This document shows, piece by piece, positions 19,442 through 28,303 of a stretch of 32,000 bases of DNA. The DNA lies in contig NC_000964.3 in NCBI RefSeq assembly GCF_000009045.1, positions 1,230,001-1,262,000 of the forward strand, in the 5' to 3' direction. The translations under genes and the position numbers were made by a program. Source of the DNA: Bacillus subtilis subsp. subtilis str. 168 (GTDB lineage: Bacteria; Bacillota; Bacilli; Bacillales; Bacillaceae). The notes beneath the pieces are model-generated. The model had not been told where the DNA came from. It saw nothing but the letters and a program-made list of their open reading frames with translations, and did no database searches. The first letter of the stretch is position 1; every line of letters begins with the position of its first letter.

Positions 19442-19888
19442 TTAATGATGATGTGTACGATTGATTAATCGAGGATTTAAGCAGTTGATTGCGCAGAAGC
19501 AGTCTAAGTCAACTTCAATACAGTAGTTCGTTTTTTCGAGTCGGAACACTTCACACACCGTATCTTTATCGGTGAAGTCCAAAATGTGTTTGTGTTCGTC
19601 AAATGCGATTAATAATGACAGTGTTGCACAGCTTCCATGCACTCTTTCGACCCTGAAAAATACTGTATTAAAGCAAGGGCCGTTATCGAGTTCGCCGACA
19701 TTTCCGAAGGCGACTAATGGCGTTGATTTTGATGTAAATATTGCAAAAGGCACTGTGTCGCCTAACGAATGGCTTACAGATAAAAGCTTAGAGTGGCAGC
19801 CGGTCGGGCAGTCTTCTTCAACAGCGTTTTGCAGATCTTCAATATTTTCTACAGCTTCACGCACGCAGCTTGATGTTTTCTGGCTCAT
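19442..19888 (-). CDS. cotZ: Cysteine-rich spore crust protein CotZ
   Basis: 148-aa paralog of CotY (ATLSLLIAFD..., EKTNYCIEVDLDCFCAINCL). The SD GGAGGG lies 5 nt upstream. Confidence 0.92.
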   Translation of the reverse strand: MSQKTSSCVREAVENIEDLQNAVEEDCPTGCHSKLLSVSHSLGDTVPFAIFTSKSTPLVAFGNVGELDNGPCFNTVFFRVERVHGSCATLSLLIAFDEHKHILDFTDKDTVCEVFRLEKTNYCIEVDLDCFCAINCLNPRLINRTHHH

Positions 19889-20015
19889 ATTATCCCTCCT
19901 GCCTTATAAATTTGAGACTGGCGAAATGATGGAGAGTCAGCTGCCTCACGCTGGAAGCAGCTGAATGATTTGCACCTGTAATAGAGTTTGGAAGGGGATT
20001 CCTCTTTACAAGTGT

Positions 20016-20504
20016 TTATCCATTGTGATGATGCTTTTTATCTTTGTGAGGCGATGTTCTGTCAACTAGCTCTGGTGACAGGCACTGAATCGCGCAGAAG
20101 CATCCGAGATCCACTTCAATGCAGAAATCTGTTTTTTCTAGCCCGAAGAAATCCGGGTCGCAAGGGTGGCAAACACTTAAGGTATCGCCTTTGACATCGA
20201 CCGGGCGTAAAATAGACAGTGTTGCACAGCAATCGCATAATTTTTCGACGCGGAAGAAAATGGATTCAAAGCATTGCATATCATCCACAAATCCCCCTAC
20301 GTTTCCGAATGTGGAGAACAATCCGCCTTTTTTATCAAAAACGAGAAACGGAATTGTGTCTTTTCCAGCAATCGTAGGGTTTAAAAGGTTGGTATAGCAG
20401 CCAGTCGGACACTGTTCTTCAACTGCCTCCTGCTCTGCTAAAATCTTTTCCACTGCATCGCATACACAGTTCTCATGCCGGCCATGGGTTTTTCCGCAGC
20501 TCAT
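20016..20504 (-). CDS. cotY: Cysteine-rich spore crust protein CotY
   Basis: The start was moved from 20555 to the ATG at 20504 ([10 protein letters not shown]...), which has the SD AAGGAG 9 nt upstream. The product is 162 aa. Confidence 0.92.
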
Positions 20505-20615
20505 TGATTTCAGCTCCTTCTTTATAGGGTATTTGACTTTAGTCCTTAACAACATATGTACCCGTGCCCCACTTGGTGTGGGTGAACGTCTATATATTCA
20601 TCATATGCTTGGAAA

Positions 20616-20650
20616 ATAAGAAAAAGCAGAGCGTTTTTAGCTCTGCTTTT
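20616..20650 (-). terminator. Intrinsic terminator after cotX
   Basis: Stem AAAGCAGAGC / GCTCTGCTTT with a 7-nt loop, followed by a T-run on the - strand (reverse complement of 20615-20622). Confidence 0.8.
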
Positions 20651-20655
20651 AGGTC

Positions 20656-21174
20656 CTAGAGGACAAGAGTGATAACTAGGATGGCTACGAGTGTATTTGT
20701 TGCTGTAGAAATAAGGGTTGCGATATCGGCATCTACTGTTGTGACGTTTACGCCGCGGGAACATTCGATGAGAAGTTTTTGGCGGTTTACTTGTTTGTTA
20801 GCTGTAAGCTGTAACAAATCTTGTGCGACTAATTCGGCAATTACGCCGTCTGCAATTGATGTCAGAGTTGCCGTTACGACAGCGGCATTAAGTGCTGTTA
20901 CAACTGATGTTACGGCTTGAACGTCTGTAGATGTAACATTGATGTCACAAGAATCTCTAATAATAATCGTTTCATCTGAAACTTGTTTGTTGAGATTTGC
21001 TTGAGCTAGATCTTGGTCGATGAAGGCGTTGTCGTTGCCAAAAAAACCATTGCCATTACAGCAAACGTCGCAATGACATTTTCTTTCGTGTTTTTCTTTA
21101 TCTTTCTCTTTGTCATCTAACGGATGGTCACAGTCAGGATCAAGTGCAACCCAAGAATATGGTCTGCTTTCCAT
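20656..21174 (-). CDS. cotX: Spore crust protein CotX (two Coat_X-type repeats)
   Basis: 172-aa ORF. The internal repeat is visible as ...NKQVSDETIIIRDSCDINVTSTDVQAVTSVVTAL... versus ...NKQVNRQKLLIECSRGVNVTTVDADIATLISTA... Confidence 0.9.
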   Translation of the reverse strand: MESRPYSWVALDPDCDHPLDDKEKDKEKHERKCHCDVCCNGNGFFGNDNAFIDQDLAQANLNKQVSDETIIIRDSCDINVTSTDVQAVTSVVTALNAAVVTATLTSIADGVIAELVAQDLLQLTANKQVNRQKLLIECSRGVNVTTVDADIATLISTATNTLVAILVITLVL

Positions 21175-21272
21175 ATCTATTCCTCCTTTTCTTTTACTGT
21201 TATTAAATGAGCGAGCCTCTTATTTTGACTGAGTCATATATCCTGATGAAGAACCCTATTTTTTATGATTGG

Positions 21273-21596
<324 letters not shown>

Positions 21597-21630
21597 TCAC
21601 CTCGTCTTTTAAGTTTGTGAAAAGAAAGGG

Positions 21631-22044
<414 letters not shown>

Positions 22045-22114
22045 CTATATAATGCAAATGGGGTGCAGAGCGGAATAATAAAAATAACCAATTTTCTGCC
22101 GGACAAGATACAAT

Positions 22115-22143
22115 TCATGAAGAATAGGGTTTTGGCATATATG
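22115..22143 (+). promoter_or_regulatory. Candidate mother-cell (sigmaE-like) promoter of yjcA
   Basis: TCATGAA, a 14-nt spacer and CATATATG. This is only a partial match to the remembered sigmaE consensus (kmATATT-14-CATACAnT). Confidence 0.3.
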
Positions 22144-22176
22144 TGAAGGGATCATGATTGGCAAAGGAGTGAACGA

Positions 22177-22533
22177 GTGGTTATAAATGGGCTGACAATT
22201 GTTCTTCTATCGCTTGCGGTCTTTCGGCTCGCCCGCCTGCTGGTGTTTGACACGATTATGGCGCCGCTTCGCAGTCTGTTTCATGAAGAGAAGGAAGAAA
22301 AGGATGCGGACGGGAACATTGAAACCTATATCGTGATTAAGGGAACCGGTGTCAGGGCGTTTATTGGTGAATTGCTGAGCTGCTATTGGTGCACAGGCGT
22401 GTGGTGTGCCGGCTTTTTGATTTTATGCCAGGCGGTGATCCCGCAAGCGGCGCAGTGGCTGATTTTACTTTTGGCGATCGCCGGCCTTGCCGGCATTATA
22501 GAAACGCTCGTATCAAAATGGCTGCAAGAATAA
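22177..22533 (+). CDS. yjcA: Sporulation membrane protein YjcA (DUF1360-like)
   Basis: 118-aa ORF with hydrophobic segments and a CYWC motif. The GTG start has the SD AAAGGAG. Confidence 0.85.
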   Translation: MVINGLTIVLLSLAVFRLARLLVFDTIMAPLRSLFHEEKEEKDADGNIETYIVIKGTGVRAFIGELLSCYWCTGVWCAGFLILCQAVIPQAAQWLILLLAIAGLAGIIETLVSKWLQE

Positions 22534-22610
22534 GGCGTTACCACCAGCAACTTTCTGTCAGAATACGCATAAAGTAGCATATATGACATAAGGAAAGGAA
22601 GGGGACAAAA

Positions 22611-22727
22611 ATGAATCAGCATCATAAACCTTCCCAAAAATCTCCATATACAGATTCATCGTATCAATCAAAAAAGATAAAAAAGAAAGGCTGCGGGTGC
22701 GGAAATAAAAAGAAAAAGCCTCAATAG
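22611..22727 (+). CDS. 38-aa highly basic small protein (below the ORF-track cutoff)
   Basis: Hand translation gives MNQHHKPSQKSPYTDSSYQSKKIKKKGCGCGNKKKKPQ*. The SD GGAAGGGG lies 7 nt upstream. A strong terminator follows immediately. Confidence 0.5.
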   Translation: MNQHHKPSQKSPYTDSSYQSKKIKKKGCGCGNKKKKPQ

Positions 22728-22737
22728 CCTGGCAAAG

Positions 22738-22768
22738 AAACCGGAGAACTCCGGTTTTTTGTTTTTTT
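22738..22768 (+). terminator. Intrinsic terminator
   Basis: Stem AAACCGGAG / CTCCGGTTT with loop AA, followed by TTTTGTTTTTTT. Confidence 0.85.
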
Positions 22769-22814
22769 AACGAGGCGGTCTCGCTCAGCATATATCATAA
22801 GCGGGGGGATAAAA

Positions 22815-23021
22815 GTGAATGAGTTTGAAAAATGGATAGAAGGAAGATATGAACCACATGAACAAAAGCAAAAAGAGCATGAAGACACGATGGGCAGTAT
22901 CAGAAAAGACTTGGATGCATTTGATAAAGCCGGTCTGGAATTTGAAGATGAGATTGAAGAGCTGGCTGAAAAAACGGAGGCCTTACTTAAAAAACATCAA
23001 GCTCAATATGATCAATCGTAA
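22815..23021 (+). CDS. 68-aa strongly acidic, helical small protein of unknown function
   Basis: The GTG start has a G-rich SD (GGGGGGA) 5 nt upstream. The sequence MNEFEKWIEGRYEPHEQKQKEHEDTMGS... is coil-like. Either this ORF or the 38-aa ORF may correspond to the annotated yjzK, and I cannot tell which. Confidence 0.6.
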   Translation: MNEFEKWIEGRYEPHEQKQKEHEDTMGSIRKDLDAFDKAGLEFEDEIEELAEKTEALLKKHQAQYDQS

Positions 23022-23102
23022 ATCCGCAAACGCCCTATGCGAATATCCAAGCCGATCCCAGCAGCTCACATAGTGTATAGAGAGTAAAGGAGGTGCTTAT
23101 CT

Positions 23103-23252
23103 ATGGGCTTTGGATACGGATTCGGCGGCGGCTACGGCGGCGGCTGTTATGGCGGTTATGCTGGCGGTTACGGCGGCGGCTATGGTTCAACATTTGTTTT
23201 GTTGGTCGTATTATTCATTCTCCTCATCATCGTAGGTGCATCTTTCTTTTAA
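23103..23252 (+). CDS. yjcZ: YjcZ-family small sporulation protein with a Gly/Tyr-rich head and one TM tail (below the ORF-track cutoff)
   Basis: Hand translation gives [49 protein letters not shown]. The SD AAAGGAGGTG lies 9 nt upstream. Confidence 0.75.
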   Translation: MGFGYGFGGGYGGGCYGGYAGGYGGGYGSTFVLLVVLFILLIIVGASFF

Positions 23253-23261
23253 GATGTATTG

Positions 23262-23310
23262 AGGAAGTACGGGTTATAACCCGTACTTCCTTGCCTTGTG
23301 TTTATTTTTA
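23262..23310 (+). terminator. Intrinsic terminator after yjcZ
   Basis: 12-bp stem AGGAAGTACGGG / CCCGTACTTCCT with loop TTATAA. The downstream tract is T-rich but interrupted. Confidence 0.6.
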
Positions 23311-23384
23311 AAAATGTTGGAAAAGCACATTGTATTATGTGCATTCATACAATACCGTATTACTCCGCCAAAAGGAGGCGCATT

Positions 23385-23639
23385 ATGGATAATCAATTTT
23401 TTAAGAACATCGAAAAGAAAACAGGTGTGAAGATGCAGGATGTAATGAATCTTGCCGGATCACTCCAAAACGCTAATTTTAAAGATGAAAATACAGTGCG
23501 CAGTGTGATTAACCGCGTAGCGCAGATGGCAAACAGACGCGTGCCAAAAGAATTAGAAGATAAAATTGTGGAATCTATTACAAGCGGAAAAGAAAAGCTT
23601 GATTTTGGCACGATTTCTAAAATGATGGATAATAAATAA
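23385..23639 (+). CDS. spoVIF: Stage VI sporulation protein F
   Basis: The start was moved from 23298 to the ATG at 23385 (MDNQFFKNIEKK...), which has the SD AAAGGAGG 6 nt upstream. The product is 84 aa. Confidence 0.85.
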   Translation: MDNQFFKNIEKKTGVKMQDVMNLAGSLQNANFKDENTVRSVINRVAQMANRRVPKELEDKIVESITSGKEKLDFGTISKMMDNK

Positions 23640-23645
23640 GTGGAT

Positions 23646-23679
23646 GGCCTGGCTGACTCACTGCAGCGGGCCTTTTTTT
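23646..23679 (+). terminator. Intrinsic terminator of spoVIF
   Basis: Imperfect GC-rich hairpin GGCCTGGCTG...CTGCAGCGGGCC followed by TTTTTTT. Confidence 0.65.
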
Positions 23680-23683
23680 ACAG

Positions 23684-23709
23684 TAAAAACCCGGCAGTAA
23701 TCTGCCGGG
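23684..23709 (-). terminator. Intrinsic terminator of yjcD
   Basis: Stem CCCGGCAG / CTGCCGGG with loop TAAT, followed by TTTTT on the - strand. Confidence 0.75.
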
Positions 23710-23712
23710 CTG

Positions 23713-25992
23713 TTAATGATGCAAGGGCTGTCTTGCTTTCTGTAGCAGGGGATACAAAAATCTTGAGCGGTTGGCTGTTTTGCCGCGCCTGTTAGCAGGG
23801 CAAGACAAATATAAATGCTGTTTCGCCCGGGTCATGGCTACATATAAAAGGCGTCTTTCCTCCTCAAGAGCGGCCTCGTCTCCTTTTCTTGCCGTTTCTA
23901 ATGAGAAATCGTGCGGAATCGAGCCATCTACAGTGCCTAACACGTAGACTGTTTTGAATTCAAGGCCTTTTGACCGGTGAATGGTCATCAGCTGAACGCC
24001 ATGTTCATCCGTTCTGTTTTTCTCAGCGGCCCTCATATGGTCTACGTGGGCAAGAAAGTCAGGAATCGTTTTGAACTTCTTGGCGACAACCTTGATGTCG
24101 CGCAGGTCATCAGAGCCTTTTTCCAGCTTGTTGCCCTCATTGCCCCGCTTTTTTAAATACTCGGAGAAGCCCATTTTTCCTTCTGCAAAGGTGATGGCTT
24201 CTACGGGTTTCATTGTGCGGAGGCTTGCAAAAAACGGTACGATTTTCTTGATTTTGTCCAGCTGGAATGGCTTCAGATCAGGCAATTTGGCCAGCGCTTT
24301 GATCATGGTACAGTCCTCTGTAATCGAGAGCGCCTTCAGCGTATTCAAAGCGGACTGTTTTAAAAACAAGGCGGGAAGCAAGTGTTTAATCGCCTCGGTG
24401 TCATCCTCATTTTGGCTGGCGTACAAGTAGGCGAGAATCTGGCGGACGATCCGTCTGCTGTAAAACGATTGGACGCCGCGGTCAGCTGTATACGGAATTG
24501 ACGATTGATGAAGCCTTTCATATATAGCACGGCCTCCGCTGTTTGTGCGGTAAAGAACCGCAAAGTCTTCTGGACTGGCTCCATTTTGAATTTTTTCTTT
24601 GATATCGGAAACGACCATTGTGGCTTCTTCCTCTTCATCATAAGGATAAAACAGCACAGGGACCTGAATGTCATCGCGGGCCGCTTCAAGCGTTTTGGCA
24701 TATCTGTTTTTGTTCTTTTTCACAACGATATCAGCACTAGAGACGATCGGGTGCGTAGACCTGTAGTTCGCAGTTAAATAGATCGTCTTCGCTCCCGGAT
24801 AATCCTTTTGAAAATCAAGAATGAAAGACGGATTGCTTCCGCGAAACGCGTAGATGGACTGGTCATCGTCTCCGACACAGCACAGGTTTTGCTCCGGGCT
24901 GGCGAGCATTTGCATGATTTTGTATTGAACCGGATTAATGTCCTGAAACTCATCAATTAAGATATACGTAAACCGAGATTGATATTGTTCCAGAAGGTCA
25001 GGCCGCTCGATAAACAATTCATAGCAGGCTGAAGCCATGTCATCAAAATCAAATTGGCTGTGTTCTTTTTTCTGGCGTTCATAATGTTCATATAAACGAT
25101 AAACTTGTTTTTCCCACTCATCTTTTAGAGGGATGCGTTCATTTGGGACATAAGTGTTTTTCCAAAAACCGATCTGCTGCAGGGCTTGGTCAACTGGGGA
25201 TTCTTTCTCATCGATGCCTTCTTCATAGAGTGCTTTTTTGATATATTGTTCCCGCTGCCACTCCATTTTCAGCAGATGCTCACCGTTCCATTTAGCAGAA
25301 TTAGAGTGATACAAGATCTTATAAAACAGACTGTGGAATGTTCCTGTCACAATTCTTCTGACTTTTGCCGGCTGTAATCCGTACTGGTTCGCCATACGCT
25401 CTTTCATTTCAGCGACAGCTTTTGTTGTAAAGGTGACAAGCAGCATATTTTCAGGCGGTATGCCTAAGTGTTCGATCATGTGGGCGGCACGGGCTGTCAG
25501 TACCCGTGTTTTTCCGCTCCCCGCACCTGCAAGCACGAGGAGCGGGCCCTCTGTTTCCGTGACAGCTTTCAGCTGATCCGTGTTTAAACCGACAGACGGA
25601 AAAAGGCTCGTATCGGGTTCTATTGTTTTTGGCACAAATGGTGTTCCTGGTTTAATGCTTCTAGGACGGTGCCATTCTGTAACAGCTGGGGACGGGTCAG
25701 CGGCGATCGCTTTTCCCTTGGGTAAACGAATGACACCAGATTCCTGATCATCTTCTTTTTTCCCCTCTTTAGAGGGCTTCGGTTCGCACGCCTCCTCACA
25801 TGCCGGAAAATCGCCTGGCTGGCGATGGATAAACTCTGGCGGATCGGCGATGTTAAGCCGTAACAAAACGGGCTTTCCGCAATGAGAACAAAATAAATGT
25901 CCTTTTATTCCCTCTTCAAAGAGGAATTGATAATGTTCTCTCGAATATGTATGTAAATGTATGATTCTATCATTCAGTCGGGCGCATTTCAA
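23713..25992 (-). CDS. yjcD: UvrD/PcrA-family (SF1) DNA helicase with an extra N-terminal Cys/His module
   Basis: 759-aa ORF. Walker A is present (LAGAGSGKTRVLT), as are DEFQD, motif VI (VAMTRAK) and other SF1 motifs. The TTG start has the SD GGGAGGA 7 nt upstream. Confidence 0.9.
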   Translation of the reverse strand: MKCARLNDRIIHLHTYSREHYQFLFEEGIKGHLFCSHCGKPVLLRLNIADPPEFIHRQPGDFPACEEACEPKPSKEGKKEDDQESGVIRLPKGKAIAADPSPAVTEWHRPRSIKPGTPFVPKTIEPDTSLFPSVGLNTDQLKAVTETEGPLLVLAGAGSGKTRVLTARAAHMIEHLGIPPENMLLVTFTTKAVAEMKERMANQYGLQPAKVRRIVTGTFHSLFYKILYHSNSAKWNGEHLLKMEWQREQYIKKALYEEGIDEKESPVDQALQQIGFWKNTYVPNERIPLKDEWEKQVYRLYEHYERQKKEHSQFDFDDMASACYELFIERPDLLEQYQSRFTYILIDEFQDINPVQYKIMQMLASPEQNLCCVGDDDQSIYAFRGSNPSFILDFQKDYPGAKTIYLTANYRSTHPIVSSADIVVKKNKNRYAKTLEAARDDIQVPVLFYPYDEEEEATMVVSDIKEKIQNGASPEDFAVLYRTNSGGRAIYERLHQSSIPYTADRGVQSFYSRRIVRQILAYLYASQNEDDTEAIKHLLPALFLKQSALNTLKALSITEDCTMIKALAKLPDLKPFQLDKIKKIVPFFASLRTMKPVEAITFAEGKMGFSEYLKKRGNEGNKLEKGSDDLRDIKVVAKKFKTIPDFLAHVDHMRAAEKNRTDEHGVQLMTIHRSKGLEFKTVYVLGTVDGSIPHDFSLETARKGDEAALEEERRLLYVAMTRAKQHLYLSCPANRRGKTANRSRFLYPLLQKARQPLHH

Positions 25993-26108
25993 AAAGGGGT
26001 CCTCCCAATCAAAAGGTGTTCATTACAGACAATGACTATCATATCAAAAGAAATGTGTTTCAAAAAGTAAGTTTAAGGGAAAAGAGACAGCAGAGGGGTG
26101 GGTATTGT

Positions 26109-26363
26109 ATGATATATGCAGGTCAAATTCAGAACCAGCAATACGCTCAATATGCTAATAGAACGATTGGACATAAGCAGGATTATGCCGGAACCGAAAA
26201 AATCAGCTATGTCCCGTTTCAGCGGGTATACAAAGAACTGGAAAAGCAGCAGGAGAATCAAACGGCAGCTGAAAGAAAAGTAAACGAGATGAAACGTAAG
26301 CGCTCTCTTTATAAGAGATTGCGAGAAAAAGGAATGGGGACATATATTAATCGATATGTATAA
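26109..26363 (+). CDS. yjzE: 84-aa protein of unknown function
   Basis: The start was moved from 26016 to the ATG at 26109 (MIYAGQIQNQQY...), which has the SD GAGGGGTG 8 nt upstream. The longer form would start only 24 nt from the divergent yjcD start. Confidence 0.65.
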   Translation: MIYAGQIQNQQYAQYANRTIGHKQDYAGTEKISYVPFQRVYKELEKQQENQTAAERKVNEMKRKRSLYKRLREKGMGTYINRYV

Positions 26364-26394
26364 AAAACCGTTCATACCAGAGAACGGTTTTTTT
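26364..26394 (+). terminator. Intrinsic terminator of yjzE
   Basis: Stem AAACCGTTC / GAACGGTTT with an 8-nt loop, followed by a T-run. Confidence 0.85.
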
Positions 26395-26401
26395 ATATGC
26401 A

Positions 26402-26431
26402 GTAAAAATCCGGATCTCAAAAGATCCGGAT
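26402..26431 (-). terminator. Intrinsic terminator of the yjcH-yjcG-yjcF operon
   Basis: Stem ATCCGGATCT / AGATCCGGAT with a 4-nt loop, followed by TTTTT on the - strand. Confidence 0.8.
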
Positions 26432-26435
26432 GCGT

Positions 26436-26858
26436 TCAGTCCTTCATCATTTGTAAGTGCGGAATGCCGGCATCGAGGAATTCTTTTTCAGAAAGCACGC
26501 GATACCCGTGTTTCTTGTAAAACGGCACAGCCTGTGTTTGCGCGTTTAAAATGAAACCGGAAGCGCCTCCGTCTGCCGCGGCTTTTTCGAGCGCTTTCAT
26601 AATGATGCCGCCGACACCGGCTGAGCGGTGGCTTTTCAGTACGCAAATCCGCTCTAACTTGCCGTAGCCGTCCTTCATGCGCCATCTTCCGGCACCGACA
26701 GGCTTTTCACCGTCATACACGACGATATGCTCTGACTCATTTTCAAGTTCGTCAATTTCTTCTTCAGCAGGCACGTTTTGTTCTTTGACAAAGACTTCTT
26801 CTCTTACATAGAATGCATCTTTCAGTTGTTCTTCATTTTTTGCGATAACTGCTTTCAA
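26436..26858 (-). CDS. yjcF: GNAT-family N-acetyltransferase
   Basis: 140-aa ORF with an acetyl-CoA binding motif (HRSAGVGGIIMKAL). Only 3 nt separate it from the yjcG stop. Confidence 0.88.
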   Translation of the reverse strand: MKAVIAKNEEQLKDAFYVREEVFVKEQNVPAEEEIDELENESEHIVVYDGEKPVGAGRWRMKDGYGKLERICVLKSHRSAGVGGIIMKALEKAAADGGASGFILNAQTQAVPFYKKHGYRVLSEKEFLDAGIPHLQMMKD

Positions 26859-26861
26859 ACA

Positions 26862-27377
26862 TTATTCTCCTCTGCCTAGCAAGAAGGTTTCATATACTGT
26901 CCACGATCCGTTTTCCAACTGGTAGAGCAAGTGGAAACGGTCAACGATTTCTTCATGCGACACTTCCTGCATTTTTAATTGTCCCAGCACATCTGAATGC
27001 TCATCGTCGGAAAGATTTTGGCCGACCGTCACATGCGGAACGAAATTATATTCCTGTTCTCCTGCCAACACACCGGTGTATAGCTTTTCATTGAGTGTTT
27101 TTAACTCTTCCGTCGGTTCTGCTTTGATGTAAATGACATTATTGACAGGCGCAAATGAGCTGTATTTTGTCATTTTGAGAACGAGTGGGTGGGACTCTTT
27201 TGCGATGTTTCTTAAATGTGATACGAGCTGATCCGCTTTCTCCTCCGCGCATTCAAAGGATGCTCTCAGCGTCAAATGAGGCGGGATTAGAGAGTAGCTT
27301 GGGTCATAGCGCTTTCTGTAAGAGTTTGCAAGGTCTTGGAGCTTTTTTGATGGAAATAAAACGATTCCGTATTTCAT
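26862..27377 (-). CDS. yjcG: 2H phosphoesterase superfamily protein (LigT / 2',5'-RNA-ligase-like)
   Basis: 171-aa ORF with two H-x-T-x motifs, PPHLTLRA and VPHVTVGQ. Confidence 0.88.
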
Positions 27378-27413
27378 ATTATGTCCCTCCTGGAAATAAA
27401 GTATGATAGAGTG

Positions 27414-28136
27414 TTAAAGCATTTTTTTCAGCGCCGGGGTGATGAGCGGCTGCCAGTATGTCCATTTGTGGTCTCCGTCAAATGGCTCGAAATCATAATC
27501 GGAAAGCTTTTTCTCCAGCAGCTGTTTCAGCTCCCGGTTCGGTTCTGTAAAGTCCAGAATGTTCCCGTCTGTCGTGTGGACGTCAGTTTCTTTTGTTCCG
27601 ATTTGGTGATAAATAGAGAGGTGTTTGATATCGTCTGACTGTTTTACGGCTTCTAGTACGTGTTTGTCAACATAGGGAGACTGCATGATGATGTTGCCAA
27701 ACATATTCGGATAATCAAGCGCTGTCATAAGTGACACGGTTGCTCCGAGCGAATCACCGATCAGCGTTCGGCCGTAACCGATCTGATAGGTTGGATACTC
27801 ATCATCTGCAAAAGGAACGAGCTCATGGGCGATGAACCGTTTATAAGCCGAAAATTTTGAACCCTCCGGATGATAAGTGTTTCTGCGCTCTTTTACATCC
27901 TTATAGGGAACACCGATAATAATGCTCCGGTCTATTTCGCGTTTCGACAGCAATTCCTCAACCTGTCTGCCGATTCTCCCCAGCCTGAAATAATCGTGGC
28001 CGTCCTGCGCGATAATGACATGGTATTTATAAAGCGGGGAGTAGTTGGACGGCAGATAAACAAGCAAGGTCATTTCCTCGTTAAGCTCTTTTGAAAAGAA
28101 TTTCTTTTCTTGCACTGTGCCGTTTTTCGGTGCCAT
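27414..28136 (-). CDS. yjcH: Alpha/beta-hydrolase esterase (esterase-D / enterochelin-esterase-like)
   Basis: The start was moved from the TTG at 28181 to the ATG at 28136 (MAPKNGTVQEKK...), which has the SD GGAGGA 8 nt upstream. The nucleophile elbow GDSLG is present. Confidence 0.85.
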   Translation of the reverse strand: MAPKNGTVQEKKFFSKELNEEMTLLVYLPSNYSPLYKYHVIIAQDGHDYFRLGRIGRQVEELLSKREIDRSIIIGVPYKDVKERRNTYHPEGSKFSAYKRFIAHELVPFADDEYPTYQIGYGRTLIGDSLGATVSLMTALDYPNMFGNIIMQSPYVDKHVLEAVKQSDDIKHLSIYHQIGTKETDVHTTDGNILDFTEPNRELKQLLEKKLSDYDFEPFDGDHKWTYWQPLITPALKKML

Positions 28137-28246
28137 AAAAACATTCCTCCAGGACATCACTATACTTTCTTGCATTTTCAATTATTGTACCATGAATTAT
28201 TAGAAATTTCTCTCTTTAAACGGTTCGGCACACGAAGAAAAAAGTG

Positions 28247-28275
28247 TTGAAATAAACTGTGAATTGCGCTAATAT
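28247..28275 (+). promoter_or_regulatory. SigmaA promoter of the metI-metC operon
   Basis: TTGAAA (28247-28252), a 17-nt spacer and TAATAT (28270-28275). Confidence 0.6.
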
Positions 28276-28303
28276 AAAACAATCAGAAAATTGAAATCGA
28301 TAT

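Noticed and set aside
19442-20504. The DNA-level similarity between two adjacent segments, considered as a possible repeat or mobile element
   Set aside because: It is the cotZ/cotY tandem paralog pair, which is in-frame and protein-coding. There are no terminal inverted repeats and no transposase.
23069-23077. CATAGTGTA as a sigmaK/sigmaE-type -10 element for yjcZ
   Set aside because: It matches CATAnnnTA but lacks a correctly spaced -35 element. It would also leave almost no leader before the SD at 23084.
23093-23311. 72-aa Arg/Leu/Trp-rich ORF ([12 protein letters not shown]...)
   Set aside because: It is an alternative frame of the GGC-repeat tract. The real gene is the yjcZ frame starting at 23103, which has a strong SD.
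26073-26420. 115-aa ORF antisense to yjzE
   Set aside because: It spans both terminators and has no SD. yjzE on the + strand has an SD and its own terminator.
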